Source of the DNA: a virus
Reading direction: 5' to 3' (one strand)
IMG/VR virus record: IMGVR_UViG_3300037755_001279
Coordinates: 62,510-126,509 of that record
Length of the DNA: 64,000 nt
Part shown: positions 1-11,360 of the stretch, piece by piece
Numbering within the stretch: position 1 is the first letter of the stretch
How the letters are laid out: every line of letters starts with the position of its first letter
The notes under the pieces: model-generated
Databases searched by the model: none
The model's input: only the letters and a program-made list of their open reading frames with translations
What the model was told of the DNA's origin: nothing
Position numbers and translations under genes: made by a program

Positions 1-687
1 CTCAACCTTTCCGGTGCGCGGGGCGGTGTCACCTACCGCACGGAGGTCATCACCGACCGGACGCAGGTGCGGCACAGCCGCCGCGTCGAGTCCCGCGTCG
101 TCAAGACCATCGACAACGAGGCGCTGGTGCGCGAGATCGACGCGGTCATCAAGAACGTCGACGACACCGTCATGCGGCGTCTGTGCGTCAAGATGACGTT
201 CGGCCATTTCCTGCCGGAGCACAACGCCGCCGAGCTTCACCAGGAAATCGCGCAGCTGCGTGGGCGCGTTGAAGCACTCAACGCCGCCGCGGTGGCGATG
301 GGCAGCCGACACCATGGCAGCGTCGGCGTCTTGACGCCAGCGCTCGACATCGATGACCCGCACTTCGTGATGGAGTGCTGCCGCACGGTGACGGCCGCGC
401 TGACCGACGTGTACGCGGCGCTCCAAGCGGGTGACATCGACGACCAGCAGGCTGACGGCCGGGTCATTCGAAACGCGCTGAAGCCGGCGCTGCTGCGCGC
501 CAAGAACATCGAAGCGCTGGCTGAGGGAGACGCCGGCACGCTGCTGCAACAGGCCTTCGCGCGCGTGCGCAGCGTCAAGTCTGAGATCCGATCGCTCATC
601 GCTGCGGGCGCACCGCCGGATGAAGCTGGCCGCAACGTCAACCTGCGCGACGTCGAGCGCGCGCTGCAGCTGTTTCAAGTGCCATGA
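1..687 (+). CDS. Hypothetical phage protein, 5'-truncated by window edge
   Basis: Frame is open from base 1 to TGA at 685-687; helical, no recognisable motif. Confidence 0.6.
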   Translation, partial: LNLSGARGGVTYRTEVITDRTQVRHSRRVESRVVKTIDNEALVREIDAVIKNVDDTVMRRLCVKMTFGHFLPEHNAAELHQEIAQLRGRVEALNAAAVAMGSRHHGSVGVLTPALDIDDPHFVMECCRTVTAALTDVYAALQAGDIDDQQADGRVIRNALKPALLRAKNIEALAEGDAGTLLQQAFARVRSVKSEIRSLIAAGAPPDEAGRNVNLRDVERALQLFQVP

Positions 688-721
688 CGCTTTCGGCCGC
701 GGCTGATTCACTGCTCGTTGA

Positions 722-2508
722 ATGGCACGAGACTTTCGTTTCGCAGGCCAACGCCGCCCTCGAAAAATTCGTCTGGGACGCAACACAGGTAGCGCCGGTA
801 TGTACTTCAACCCTGGGCCATTCCTTGCGGACTTACTGACGAATGTTGATGCCTACGTCCGCGGCGAGGGCACGCAGATTGTCTACAGCGCCGGCAACGA
901 TTACACCAGTCGGCATCGCTGCGCCAAACCTCGCACAACTTCCGCCGACCTGCAGCAGGAAGACACGATCCTGGCTGCCTGGCGACAGCACGACGAAAGC
1001 CCAAAATGACGACACCCCAAAAATGGCACGTGCCGGCCAACCCTATCGCGCAGCAAGCCGAAACGCGCGGTGAACCGATGCCTATCGGTGAGACGGCCGC
1101 GGCGCTCACCGCGCGCGGGTACGACGTGCCGGCAGCGATTCCACCGGCGGCCGTCCTTGCCGCTGTCGCTGAAAGTCCGACGGGGTACGCCTGGCGCTGG
1201 GTAGGGTCGCGATTCGAGGCGGTAGACGCACCGCTCAATGCCGAAGAGCGCGCATGGTACCTCGCAACGTGAAGAACATGCCCAAACTCAAGTCGCCCAA
1301 GAAACTTGAACGCCGCTTCGTCATCTACGGCGTCAAGCCGACGTCCAAGCTGTTCCCGGCGTGCTGCCGGCTCTGGTTGTCCGTCGACGGCCGCAAGGTG
1401 TCGTTCGACGGGTTCGAGGCTGCGCCCATTTCGCGCCACTACACACCCGGCAGCCTGCCCGAGCGCTACCTGGCGCGCGCGCTGCGGGCCATCAAGGGCG
1501 AGCACCCGACGACGTGGGGTAAGCTGGAGACGGTGTGGCGGTGGCAAAACGAGTAGACCTGGCGACGCTTGAGGCGTGGCACGTGGCGCTCGCACAGCTT
1601 GACGTCGAGCTGCTGAAGTTCACGTGGACGCCGGAAGCACACCCGCGCCATGCGCTCAACGGCGAGGCCATGCGCGGCCGCGCCGTCGTTTTGTGGCAAC
1701 AAACAGGCGGCGTGAAGGTGTCGGTCTTTAGCAGTGCGCCGAGCAACATGATCGTGCGCGTAGCGGTTCCGTGGGCGGCTACAGCGCAGCTGACCGGTTG
1801 GCGGCCGCTCGACGGTGAACCTGAGCATTCACCCGAGCGCAAACGATTGTGGCCTCGCGGCGCTGCGTGGGAAGCTACGTTCACGCACTGTCTCGGCCGC
1901 GGCCGCGGTACGTGGTTGATCGCACGGCTGAGCGCCGGCAAGTACGCTATTGCTGCAGCAACGTTCACGTGTCGCGCCGCGCAGCTGCGTAAAGCCAGCG
2001 CGCGCGCCGCGCAGCTGGGCGCCGGCGAGCTTGGCCGTGAAGTCTCGCACATCGGCCACGGCGCTGTGTCGAACTACCCGCGGCACGTACTAGGTACGCG
2101 CCTGCTGCTGTCCACGGCGGACCGTGAAGCTGGCGATGCCTACCGGATCCCGTGGGCGACATGACCTCCGACGAGCTTCTGATTGCCTGGCACGAGGCGC
2201 TGCAGCCGTTCGCGGTGCAGCGCTTCGTGTGGGACGCCGTTGCCTGCGCGCCGGCGGAGTTGGCGTTCGCGCCACGCCTCGTGGCGCTGAAGATCAACGC
2301 GTTCGCGGCCCACGGGATCCTGTCCGTACACTATACAGACGTTGACGCTGACCAAACGTGCAACGTCGTGGTTCAGCTTCGCTGCAGCGGTGGCCGCAGC
2401 CGGCCGCCGTCCGCCGTTGTCGGAGAGATCCTGCGCAGGATTCCGGATCAGCTCTTGACATGGTCACATGCCGGATCAGCTCTTGACATGGTCACATGTC
2501 AGGACTAA
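722..2508 (+). other. Run of short, overlapping hypothetical phage genes (722-1009, 1006-1272, ~1269-1556, 1535-2164, 2152-2508)
   Basis: Consecutive same-strand ORFs with overlapping stop/start codons, typical of phage early regions. Confidence 0.55.
2443..2498. repeat. Perfect 28-bp tandem duplication CCGGATCAGCTCTTGACATGGTCACATG x2
   Basis: Copies read directly at 2443-2470 and 2471-2498. Confidence 0.95.
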
Positions 2509-2511
2509 GAT
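2483..2511 (+). promoter_or_regulatory. Sigma70-type promoter TTGACA-N17-TAAGAT overlapped by an imperfect palindrome (candidate operator)
   Basis: TTGACA 2483-2488, TAAGAT 2506-2511; TCTTGACATG-GTCA-CATGTCAGGA dyad at 2481-2504; AT-rich downstream. Confidence 0.7.
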
Positions 2512-2562
2512 TTAGTATACTATAAGAGTCACTGGTGGCGGCGGGGTTTTCTCGGGTGCGAA

Positions 2563-5500
2563 ATGCAGGATACCATGGCCATTCCCTCAAACAAGACCGT
2601 GCGCACGCTCGGCGCGCAGCGATCCGAAAGCTGCACCGGCCGCTGCCCACGGTGCTGTCCGTGTTCGAATCGCACCCCGACCGAACCGAATCAGGTCCGG
2701 GACTATCGGATCTCGTACTATGCCGCCGGCTGGAGGACGATCGACGTGCAGCTCACCCCCGACGAGTACAACACGGCGCCAGTCAAGGACACCCGCAACC
2801 CGTCCGACTACCGGAAGCAGTCCGCGCGCGCGCGCATCGTGCGGCGTGCCTACGGCGTGGATCTCTACGGCATGGACACCATCATCGAGTCGCTGGCGGT
2901 GCGCCGTGGGTAAGAAAGCAGGCAAGGCCAACATGCTCGACGCCGGCACCCATAGGGTCCGCGTCACCGCTTGCCGCGTCGTGAAGGCGCAAGCCGTCGG
3001 AACGAATGAACCGCGTCGCTGGTACGTCTACGCTGACTCAGCTGACCGCGCCATCGATGGCACCAAGCCGTTCATCGATTTGCACCTCGGGCCGTGGCCG
3101 GCTGATGCCTCGAAGCACGGTCAGCGGCTGCGCGTCGCCTACGCTGTGGTGCAGGTTGCGGTGGCCGCGGCGCAGCGCAACCGCAAGACTGCCGCCGACA
3201 CGGACCGGCGCAAGGTGCTGCGTGATGCCGGCGTCACCAAGCTGACGGACCTGGACTGTCCGATGCCGCGGTCAAGGACCTGGCGTTGCGTGAGGTACGA
3301 TGCCGGCGCCGGTCCGGCGGGTTGCACGTGCCCGACGTGCGCGCCGCAGGCGTCCGAACCCAAGCCCACGCCGCTCCCCGACGCCGTGCGCACCGCGCCT
3401 CAAACGGTGATCACCAACGCTGCGGTCCGCGCCAAGCTGCGCCTGTGGCTCGCATGGCTTGACGGTGAGGCGCCGCCGGCCGGTGTCATCGGCGGCCCGC
3501 CACCGGAAAACGTCGGTGAGCTGGTGCGCGTGATCCATGAAAAAGCCGACGCGTGGGTCTGCGAGCTGAACGACGATGAATATGGTGGTGATGGAGAGGC
3601 GGACTGAAATGCCCGCCGTCGTCACCAATCAGATCGGCGCGCCGATCACCGACCAGCCGCAGTTTCGCTGGATCGTCCGGCGCAACGGCGGCCGGATCTG
3701 GGGTTGGGTCACCGCCGACAGTGAAGCGGCCGCGCGGCAGGGGCTGCGTGAGGAAAGCGTCAAGCGCGGCATCAAGCTGACGTTGGGTGAGCGCGCACCT
3801 AAGCTAAGGTTGGTGCCGTGAGCGGGCCCGGCTGGCATCAAGGCCGCGGCCGCCCGCAATCGCGACGGTGGACCTGCCGTGGCTGCGGGCAGGAACCTGG
3901 CGCGCACTGTTGGTACTGCCGCGCGATGATCTGCACGAGCTGCACCACTGAGGACCCGACCGCTTGTGACCATTGCCGCAGGCCGTTGCGCGGTGTGACC
4001 GCGCGCAGCGTAGTGACGGCCATGATCAAACACGCGTGGGGCCTACGTTATGGCGCCGGCCTATTCGGCGACCGAGACCGACGAAACCACAAGCGCGCCC
4101 GTCGCCGCGGCGCCGGAAAAGACGCAGCGCCATGAGCCGCATGGATTCCGGCGAAGGCCTCGAAATCTGCCCGAAGTGCCAGATGCAGGTGCTCACGTTC
4201 GATGTCCGCAACGGCAACCACGGGCTGGATCGGTGCCACGCCAAAACCGGCGCGGCGCTGCACGCGCTCGCCAACGCCGTCGAACCGCTCGGCGTGAAGG
4301 TCGCCCGCAAGGGCTACGGTTACGGCAACTTCGGTTTCACGCTCTCGGACGGCATGACGCTGAAGATCGGCGGATACGGCGCCAGCGCAAAGCTGGAGAT
4401 CCGAGACATTTACAGCGGCAGGCCGGGCAGCGTCGATACGCTGACGAAGATGATCACCGCGTTGGTCGCGGTGCTGCGTGACAAGCCGTGAGCGCACCGC
4501 CTTACATCCCCGCCGCCGCTCGTGCGCGCAGTGATGCACAGCCGTTGACCGTGCTGCGGGCGTTGCTGGACCCGCGCGTGCGCCCGCCGCTCGGTCAGCG
4601 ACGTGGTACGCATGAAATCGTTGTTGATGACGACGGTTTCTACAAGACGACTTACCGGGTGTGGCGCGACGCATTCGGTGAGCTGAATATCAACGAGATG
4701 CGCCGTGATCGTGCGATGATCGACCGCCGCGTCGGCATCAGATCGGGTGTGACGACGGTGCTGTATATCGACGAGCTGGACGCCGTGTGCGCGATCCGAC
4801 CTTACGCGGACACGGTGCCCTGATGGCCTGGTGCTACTACAAAGACCTGCGGCGAAAGATCGGCGCGAGGCTCCGCGTGCGCGGTCTGCCGGATGCAATC
4901 ACACGCGTCGTACCGATCGGCATGAAGCTGTTGACCGCCGAGGTCGATAGCCGGTGCCAGGGCGTCGTCGTCTTACAGCTGTGGTGTCAGCCGCTGGTTG
5001 ACGTCGGCGGTAAGGCCGCGCGCCCCGACGACACGCAGGTCCACGGTTACTACATCGTCCTCATCGTCAGCACTCTGGAAGACCCCAACTGGATCGTCGA
5101 GCGATGAGCAACAAACCAAAGCACAGCCGCCGGATCACGGTCGACGACCGCACCTGGTTATGGCGTTGCAGCGCGCGCGGCACCGTCACGCTGTGGGCGC
5201 CAGACGGCGCCAAACACTACCTCCGGCCACCGCAGACCAGCGGCGTCAGCGACGACACGTACCGGCGTGGGCTGCGCAAGAAGACGTCGGATGCAGCGAT
5301 CACACCGCTGCACGTTGCCGGAGCCATCCGCAAGCTACAAACTGCGCCAGCGGTCAAGCTCGACCAGAGCAAGAACGGCGTGCGGGTGATCGTCCATCTG
5401 TGGTCTGACGGTGGCCGCGTCGTCGACGCGGATTGCCAGTGCTTCGGCGAGCGTGGCCGTGTTCATTCCGACCCGCGATGCCCGCGGATTCCCAAGTCCT

Positions 5501-7082
5501 CAAGGCCGGCGCCATGACCAACCTCGTCTGCAAGCAATGCGAACGCCGCCGCGCCGACACGCAGCTGTGCAGCCAGCTACACGGCGGCGACTACCGAACG
5601 GCGCCGCGCTGGGGACGCAGCTGGATTTGCGCCGCGTGTGCGCTCGACCTGATCCGATGCGCGGTCGACGGAACGCACCACACGGATCAAATCGACCGCT
5701 GGAGTGTCAGCAGCCTGCAACGATTCGTCGGGGCCCGGGTGATGCCGACCAGCATCCCGCCGACGAAGACACACCACGACCTGGCCGCGTGGCTCAACGG
5801 TCTGCGGATGTTCCGCGCGGTCGCCGAGTCGGCGAAGTCGAACACGGACATTCACCACGGTAAGATCCGTGTTCCCGGCCGCGGGCGCCGTGGCGTGAAG
5901 CTGACCGTCTGGTGGCGCCGCCCCAACGATATGGTGCGCGATCCCGACGAGGTCAAGATCTACGAGCATGACACCAGCGAGTGCTACCGGAAGCACGCCG
6001 AAGCGCGTGCGTGGATCAAGCACTTCCTCAACAACCGCGTGCCGGAGCCGATCCGCAGCGGGGAGACGATGACCGCCGTGGAATGGGTGAGGTACTGTCG
6101 TACGGCCGAGGCCGCGCGCCGGGGGCGGACGCAGTGACGTCGCTGCGCGGCATCACGATCTTTACGGTGATCGTCGGGGCGTTGTTCGTCGCGGTCATCG
6201 TGCTTGTGATCGGCCTCAGCATTCGCGACGGTCGAGCCAAGAATCGGTGCCGCGACGACGGCGGCACCGTCGTCGAGTACGACTGCCGCACGATCGTCAC
6301 CTGCACCACCAGCAACAACATGACGATCTGCACGCCGTCGAAGAGCTGCGAGTGGCGCTGTGACGGCTTGCCAGCGGAAAGGCCGCCTCAATGAACCGCC
6401 GCCCGACAATCCCGTTCATACCGCCAGCGGCACGCGAGCGGCCGTTTCAATTCCAGTTTCAGCCGATGTTGCCGCCGCCGTTTCAGTTTCCCACGGTGAT
6501 TATCCCAGAGCCGCTACCTCGCCTCACGGCCCACCCCGACACGCAAGATCGCTATCCCGACAGCTGCAGCCGCGGCGGCGACGGGCCGCCCTGCGGCAAG
6601 ATCGGGTGCCGAGGATGAGCGCCATCGGTACCAGTCCGAGCGTCACCGACGCACACACGGCGTGGTTGTTGAAGATGCACAACCGCCCTATCGTTCAGCT
6701 CGATTGGCACCCGGGCGCCGCGGTGCCGCGCGTCGCACGCTGGATGTTCGGTGATTTCGCCGTCGAGTTTTGCGGCATACCACGGTACGCCGCGCCAACC
6801 GACGGCCTGTTGGGTGTCTACCCCGCGTGGCTGCCCAAGTGCTGGGGTGACGTCGGAGGGCTCATCAACTCATGGCGTCTCTCCAGCGTGCTCTACCCGG
6901 TTTGTTGTTCCGTCTATACGGCGGATCCCGACAAGCTCGAAAAGGGCGTCACCGCGCTGATGGATTACTTGTCGTGGGGTGGACACCCGGCGCCTTTGAA
7001 GCGCCTCAACCGCGCGCTGCGTGGACTGCCGCCGGTAAAGCGTGACGGCAAAACGACCCCCAACCCTGCCTGGCCTCGCTGA
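2563..7082 (+). other. Dense array of small hypothetical early-type genes, several with CxxC zinc-ribbon motifs or single TM helices
   Basis: Translationally coupled ORFs, e.g. 2563-2913, 3818-4135, 4488-4823, 5104-5517, 5514-6137, 6134-6394, 6391-6618, 6615-7082. Confidence 0.5.
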
Positions 7083-7095
7083 AAGAAAAACGGAC

Positions 7096-7662
7096 ATGGA
7101 CCAATTGAAAGCTGACATCACTGCCGCCGCGGGGCGGTTCGCCGACGAGATCGCCGCGATCCAGCAGCGGCACTACGGCGCGCGCATCCGCGACCTTGTC
7201 GCTGGCTTCCAGCTACAGCCTGCAGACGTTCTCAAGGATGCCCAGGACCGTGACCGCGCCGCCGTCCTCGACCGCCGGCGCTACGGCCTTGCACCTCGCC
7301 GCAGCACGTCTGCGGTCGAGCCCAAGGCCAAGTGCGGCGCCACCGACAAGTTTCGGCGCCGTAGTCCTGAAGAACTGGACGCGCTCACCGCACGGCTGGC
7401 CGAGTACATCGTGCAGCACCCCGGCCAGCGCATCGAACAGATCGGCAAGGTGCTGAACGCGTCCACCGCAGATCTCACCCGGCCCATGAAGCGGCTGATC
7501 ACCGGCGGCATCGTGAAGTCCCATGGATTGCTGCGCGCGACGTCGTACTGGTCGAACACGCCGACGCCGGTGACGATCAAGCTCAAGCCCAAGGCCAAGG
7601 CCAAACCTAAGGCCAAGGCCAAGGCCAAGGCCAAGACCAAGAAAGGCGGCAAGCGTGGCTGA
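7096..7662 (+). CDS. Myxobacterial-type winged-helix DNA-binding protein with Lys/Ala-rich histone-like tail
   Basis: RRRSPEELDALTARLAEYIVQHPGQRIEQIGKVL...LITGGIVKSHGLLRATSYW resembles a family I recall from Polyangia/Myxococcota; C-terminal KPKAKAK repeats. Confidence 0.7.
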   Translation: MDQLKADITAAAGRFADEIAAIQQRHYGARIRDLVAGFQLQPADVLKDAQDRDRAAVLDRRRYGLAPRRSTSAVEPKAKCGATDKFRRRSPEELDALTARLAEYIVQHPGQRIEQIGKVLNASTADLTRPMKRLITGGIVKSHGLLRATSYWSNTPTPVTIKLKPKAKAKPKAKAKAKAKTKKGGKRG

Positions 7663-7954
7663 CGCTCCCAAGCGCCTCATCAAACCGCGCGGCGCGACGT
7701 GGACCGAAGCTGAGGTCGAGTACACGCGCTGCGAGGCGCACGACCTGTACAGTGCCATGGGGATCGTTGCTGGGTTGGAAAAGGCCATCGCCGCCGCTGC
7801 GGTGGCAGCGGGCACGCGCTTCATGAACGGCGATGACCGCGGCGCAGCCGCGCTCCGCGACCACGTCGGGGAACTGCGCAAGATTATCGACGAGGCGAAC
7901 CTCATCGAGTGTCGGGTGCGGTATAAGTACGGTCTGCCTGGCGGTGCGCCGTGA
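7655..7954 (+). CDS. Hypothetical protein
   Basis: 99-aa ORF overlapping the preceding stop. Confidence 0.5.
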   Translation: MADAPKRLIKPRGATWTEAEVEYTRCEAHDLYSAMGIVAGLEKAIAAAAVAAGTRFMNGDDRGAAALRDHVGELRKIIDEANLIECRVRYKYGLPGGAP

Positions 7955-8380
7955 CCAAGAAGCTGCCCAAGCCAGGCGACAACCACCGCGCGGCGTTCAC
8001 GACACCCAACCACCACACCGAGGCGCGGTACAGCGGCTGGGCTTCGAAAAGCTCGAAGACATGAAGGCGTTGCTGGCTGGCGGCGCCACACCCGCTCTGT
8101 CAGCTAGCCGCGCTGGCATCCACGTGGTGAGCACCGAAGTCCGCATCGCAGACCCGCTGGATCAGCACAGCTGGGAATGCAGCGCGCGGCTGCGTCGACG
8201 GCCGGGTGTGTGTGTGGCGTCACCACCGGAAACATCGACGTCAGGGGCGACGACACCGCAGCCATCTACGAGGTCGCGCACAACGACGGAACCATAGCTT
8301 GGTACGACCACGAGGAGCTGACGCCGATCAAAGCGTAAGCGCAACTCACGAAAATCGAACAGACCGGGGGGAATGTTCAC

Positions 8381-9019
8381 ATGATCCACGACGATGAAGA
8401 CCAGAGCGACGGTATTCCGAAGGCGCCGGCACCGCCGGCGATCCGCGGCACACCGACCGACCGGACCATCCGGGCGTTTTCGTTGACGCTGCCCAGCGGC
8501 GGCGTCCCGACGGCTGCACCGACCGCGGCAACGTCGGCCGTGGACATGCCCAACTTTGCTGAAGGCACAGCCGACGGCAACGTAGGCACAGCGGCCGTGG
8601 TTGCCGCTGCCCGCGCGGCCGTCGAAGCGATCACCGCCGACGATCCGACCGGCCTCGTGACGCCCCTCGACGTCGGATACCGCTACATCATCTTGCGGCG
8701 CGTCGTCGAGCTGATCGTCACCGGCGACGGTGGCGACTGGCGGCCGCTGCGCGCCGTCAACGGGGTGTCCCCTGGCGCAGAGGTGATCGTCGACCCCGCC
8801 GATCACCGCGTCGTCCTGGTGATCATCCGGCGCTGGCGCGATTTCGCTGCCTGGGTGCGCGCGCACGCGCTCGACAACTTCGTCGCGATGAAGTCGGTCA
8901 TGGACCCATGGCCGGGCGAGATCAAAAACGGCGCCCGCAGTGTTTTGCGGCGCCTGTCCGAGGCGTGTCACCAACGTCCGGCATGTGAACCCAACGGTGA
9001 CGTGCTGCTACGGCTCTGA
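8381..9019 (+). CDS. Hypothetical protein
   Basis: 212-aa ORF with G-rich SD-like sequence upstream. Confidence 0.6.
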   Translation: MIHDDEDQSDGIPKAPAPPAIRGTPTDRTIRAFSLTLPSGGVPTAAPTAATSAVDMPNFAEGTADGNVGTAAVVAAARAAVEAITADDPTGLVTPLDVGYRYIILRRVVELIVTGDGGDWRPLRAVNGVSPGAEVIVDPADHRVVLVIIRRWRDFAAWVRAHALDNFVAMKSVMDPWPGEIKNGARSVLRRLSEACHQRPACEPNGDVLLRL

Positions 9020-9030
9020 AAAGGAAACCA

Positions 9031-10119
9031 ATGTCGAACGACTACTTTTTCTACCATGACGATGCCACGAAATCTGAGGCGACGCGGACGGGGATCGTCG
9101 GCGGCGCGCTGTGTTACGCCGGCGGCGCAACGTGCACTAACGGCCTATTTCTCGCCGTGAACGGCAAGACGGTCATCCAGGCCGGCGCGGCCGTCGTCAA
9201 CAACCTCGTCGTTGTGTATCGTGACGCTGGCCGGCAGGGCTGGCACATCGCGCGACCCGACGTGCGGTTCGCGGTCGTTCAAGGCAAATATGAAAACGAG
9301 TGGGCCATCGGCTTCCTCCACGAGGAGAATGCACGGAAATTCGCCAGTGAATTGAACGCGATGCCCGCAGCCGAACGCGATCACGCGCGCCTGCACCGTG
9401 GTTTTTCGACGATCGACTATACCGCACGATGGGCGGTGATCGACCTGCTTGATTTCACGACGCAACAACACGTAGCGACCGCAGCACCGGACTGTGCTCC
9501 GCGCTATGTCGTCAAGCATCGCGACGAGCTGACACTCGGCGAGCCGTGCGCGCCGTACGGCCTTTCGTTCGGGATCGCTGGGATCCAACACGACTGCACC
9601 ATGTTGAACGCCGGCACCGGACTAGCCTTCGCTGCGTGGGCCGGCCGCAAGCTCTGGGATCACCGCAACGCCTCAAATGTAATGTACGCCATCGTCGACA
9701 CGCACGATGACTGGCATCGGCATCAACGGGCAGGCGTTGGCGTTGGCGCGCAGCTGCTGTCGGCGGTGCCCCGCGGCATCACCGACGCCGACGTCTGCAC
9801 TGCCTGGGTCGCGTTCCAGGCATGGCGTGAGGCGTGCGATATGGCACCGGCGCCTGTCGAGACGCAGCACGTTGACGGGCAGCTCGTGGGCGTCTACGTC
9901 GCCTCGCCTGACTTGCCGACCAAGGTGTTTTTTACCGTCGCGCAGTGCAGCACCGCGTGGACCAACGAGCTGCAGCGCACGCGGCCTGCACCGCCGCGGA
10001 AGCTGATGGCGCAGATCGATTGCCTCGACGACCACGAGGAAGCCTACATGCCTGACGAGCCTAGCCGGCTCAACGACATGGCATCGCTGGTGCGCGAGCT
10101 GTTCGTGGTGCCGCAGTGA
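9031..10119 (+). CDS. Hypothetical multidomain phage protein
   Basis: 362-aa ORF, AAGGA SD upstream. Confidence 0.65.
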   Translation: MSNDYFFYHDDATKSEATRTGIVGGALCYAGGATCTNGLFLAVNGKTVIQAGAAVVNNLVVVYRDAGRQGWHIARPDVRFAVVQGKYENEWAIGFLHEENARKFASELNAMPAAERDHARLHRGFSTIDYTARWAVIDLLDFTTQQHVATAAPDCAPRYVVKHRDELTLGEPCAPYGLSFGIAGIQHDCTMLNAGTGLAFAAWAGRKLWDHRNASNVMYAIVDTHDDWHRHQRAGVGVGAQLLSAVPRGITDADVCTAWVAFQAWREACDMAPAPVETQHVDGQLVGVYVASPDLPTKVFFTVAQCSTAWTNELQRTRPAPPRKLMAQIDCLDDHEEAYMPDEPSRLNDMASLVRELFVVPQ

Positions 10120-10334
10120 CCGACCGCGTCCAAACCCTGACCGTCATCCTCGCCAACGAAATGCGCACCGACGACGTCGAAGGCGTGGTGCACGCCATCG
10201 GGATGATGAAGTGTGTCAGAGCCGTGACGCTGGGCCCCGTCGCTGACGCGGCCACATACGCGGCGGTATTTACGGCGACGTTGGAGATCCGCGAGGAGAT
10301 CCTCGACGTGCTCAACAAACGGTTGAAATAACCG

Positions 10335-11075
10335 ATGCCGCGCGCGACCAAACCCAAGGCACCCGCGCTGCCTGCCCTCGCGGCCTGCGAAGCCGCGCTC
10401 AAAGAGCCGGCCGCGGCATGGGTGGCGCGTTGCTACGAGATCGCCAGCAAGATTGTCGACGCTGGCCTGGTCAAGGGCGCGGCGGTGTACGGACACTGGA
10501 CCGGCAGCGTGAACCGCCGCAGCCGGTTCTACGGCAAGCCGATCGTCCAGCACGGCTGGATCGCGCTCGACGCCGCTGTGTATGACATGAACCCTGGTGC
10601 TGTACTCGACCCGACACGGTGGGTCTTCGAAGCGGCGTCGCCGTACATCTACGTCGGCGAACCGGTCACCGGCTGGGACGTCGGGACAGCATGTGTCAAC
10701 TGCGACCTCGTCGAAGACGAGCATCGAGACGCGGACTTTGACCACTGCGGCGATTTCACACGACCCCCCTGGCCGTACGACGAAGGCGGCAACCGGCTAC
10801 GGCAGGCACGGCAAACAGCACCACCGCGGTTTGATCCAACGGCGCCCACGTTCACCCTCAAGCTACCGCGCGCGATTGCAGCGCACGTGGCGATGATCCT
10901 TGACCATCCGCTACCCGCCGTGACGCGCCCACAGCTCTTCTGGCTTGCGAACCTACCGTACGACCGGCTTGCACCGTTCGCCTGGGAGATCTACCGCGCC
11001 ATCAACAAACATACCGCGGGCCTCATTCCCATCGACAACGAACGGCGCGCCGCGCGCGACCACAAAGGAGCCTGA
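10335..11075 (+). CDS. Putative transglutaminase/papain-like fold protein (Cys-His-Asp)
   Basis: Ordered motifs RCYEIA...QHGWI...VLDPT. Confidence 0.45.
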   Translation: MPRATKPKAPALPALAACEAALKEPAAAWVARCYEIASKIVDAGLVKGAAVYGHWTGSVNRRSRFYGKPIVQHGWIALDAAVYDMNPGAVLDPTRWVFEAASPYIYVGEPVTGWDVGTACVNCDLVEDEHRDADFDHCGDFTRPPWPYDEGGNRLRQARQTAPPRFDPTAPTFTLKLPRAIAAHVAMILDHPLPAVTRPQLFWLANLPYDRLAPFAWEIYRAINKHTAGLIPIDNERRAARDHKGA

Positions 11076-11360
11076 CCCCAAAAATGCACACCCGAACAAT
11101 CAAACATGGCACGATCGTGATCTACGTACATCACAACAGCGATTGGTCCGGCGACGTCATCATCAATGCCGATCATCTCGGGTCGGTTCGTGTCCCGGGT
11201 TGTACGCTGATCGACGGCGGCCTGATTGACACCGGGTCACTGCCGGTCGACGTCGTCAGGCGCATCACCGCGGTTCTCGCGCGGGATCACGCACTGGATC
11301 AAGTTCGCGCCGCCGTCGATAGTCTTCCAAGCCTAAAGCTCTAAAAAAGGAGCCTAACCC

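Noticed and set aside
2443-2498. 28-bp repeat as a minimal CRISPR array
   Set aside because: Two copies are directly adjacent with no spacer
7582-7640. AAGGCC hexamer repeats as a DNA element
   Set aside because: Explained by the Lys-Ala tail of the encoded protein
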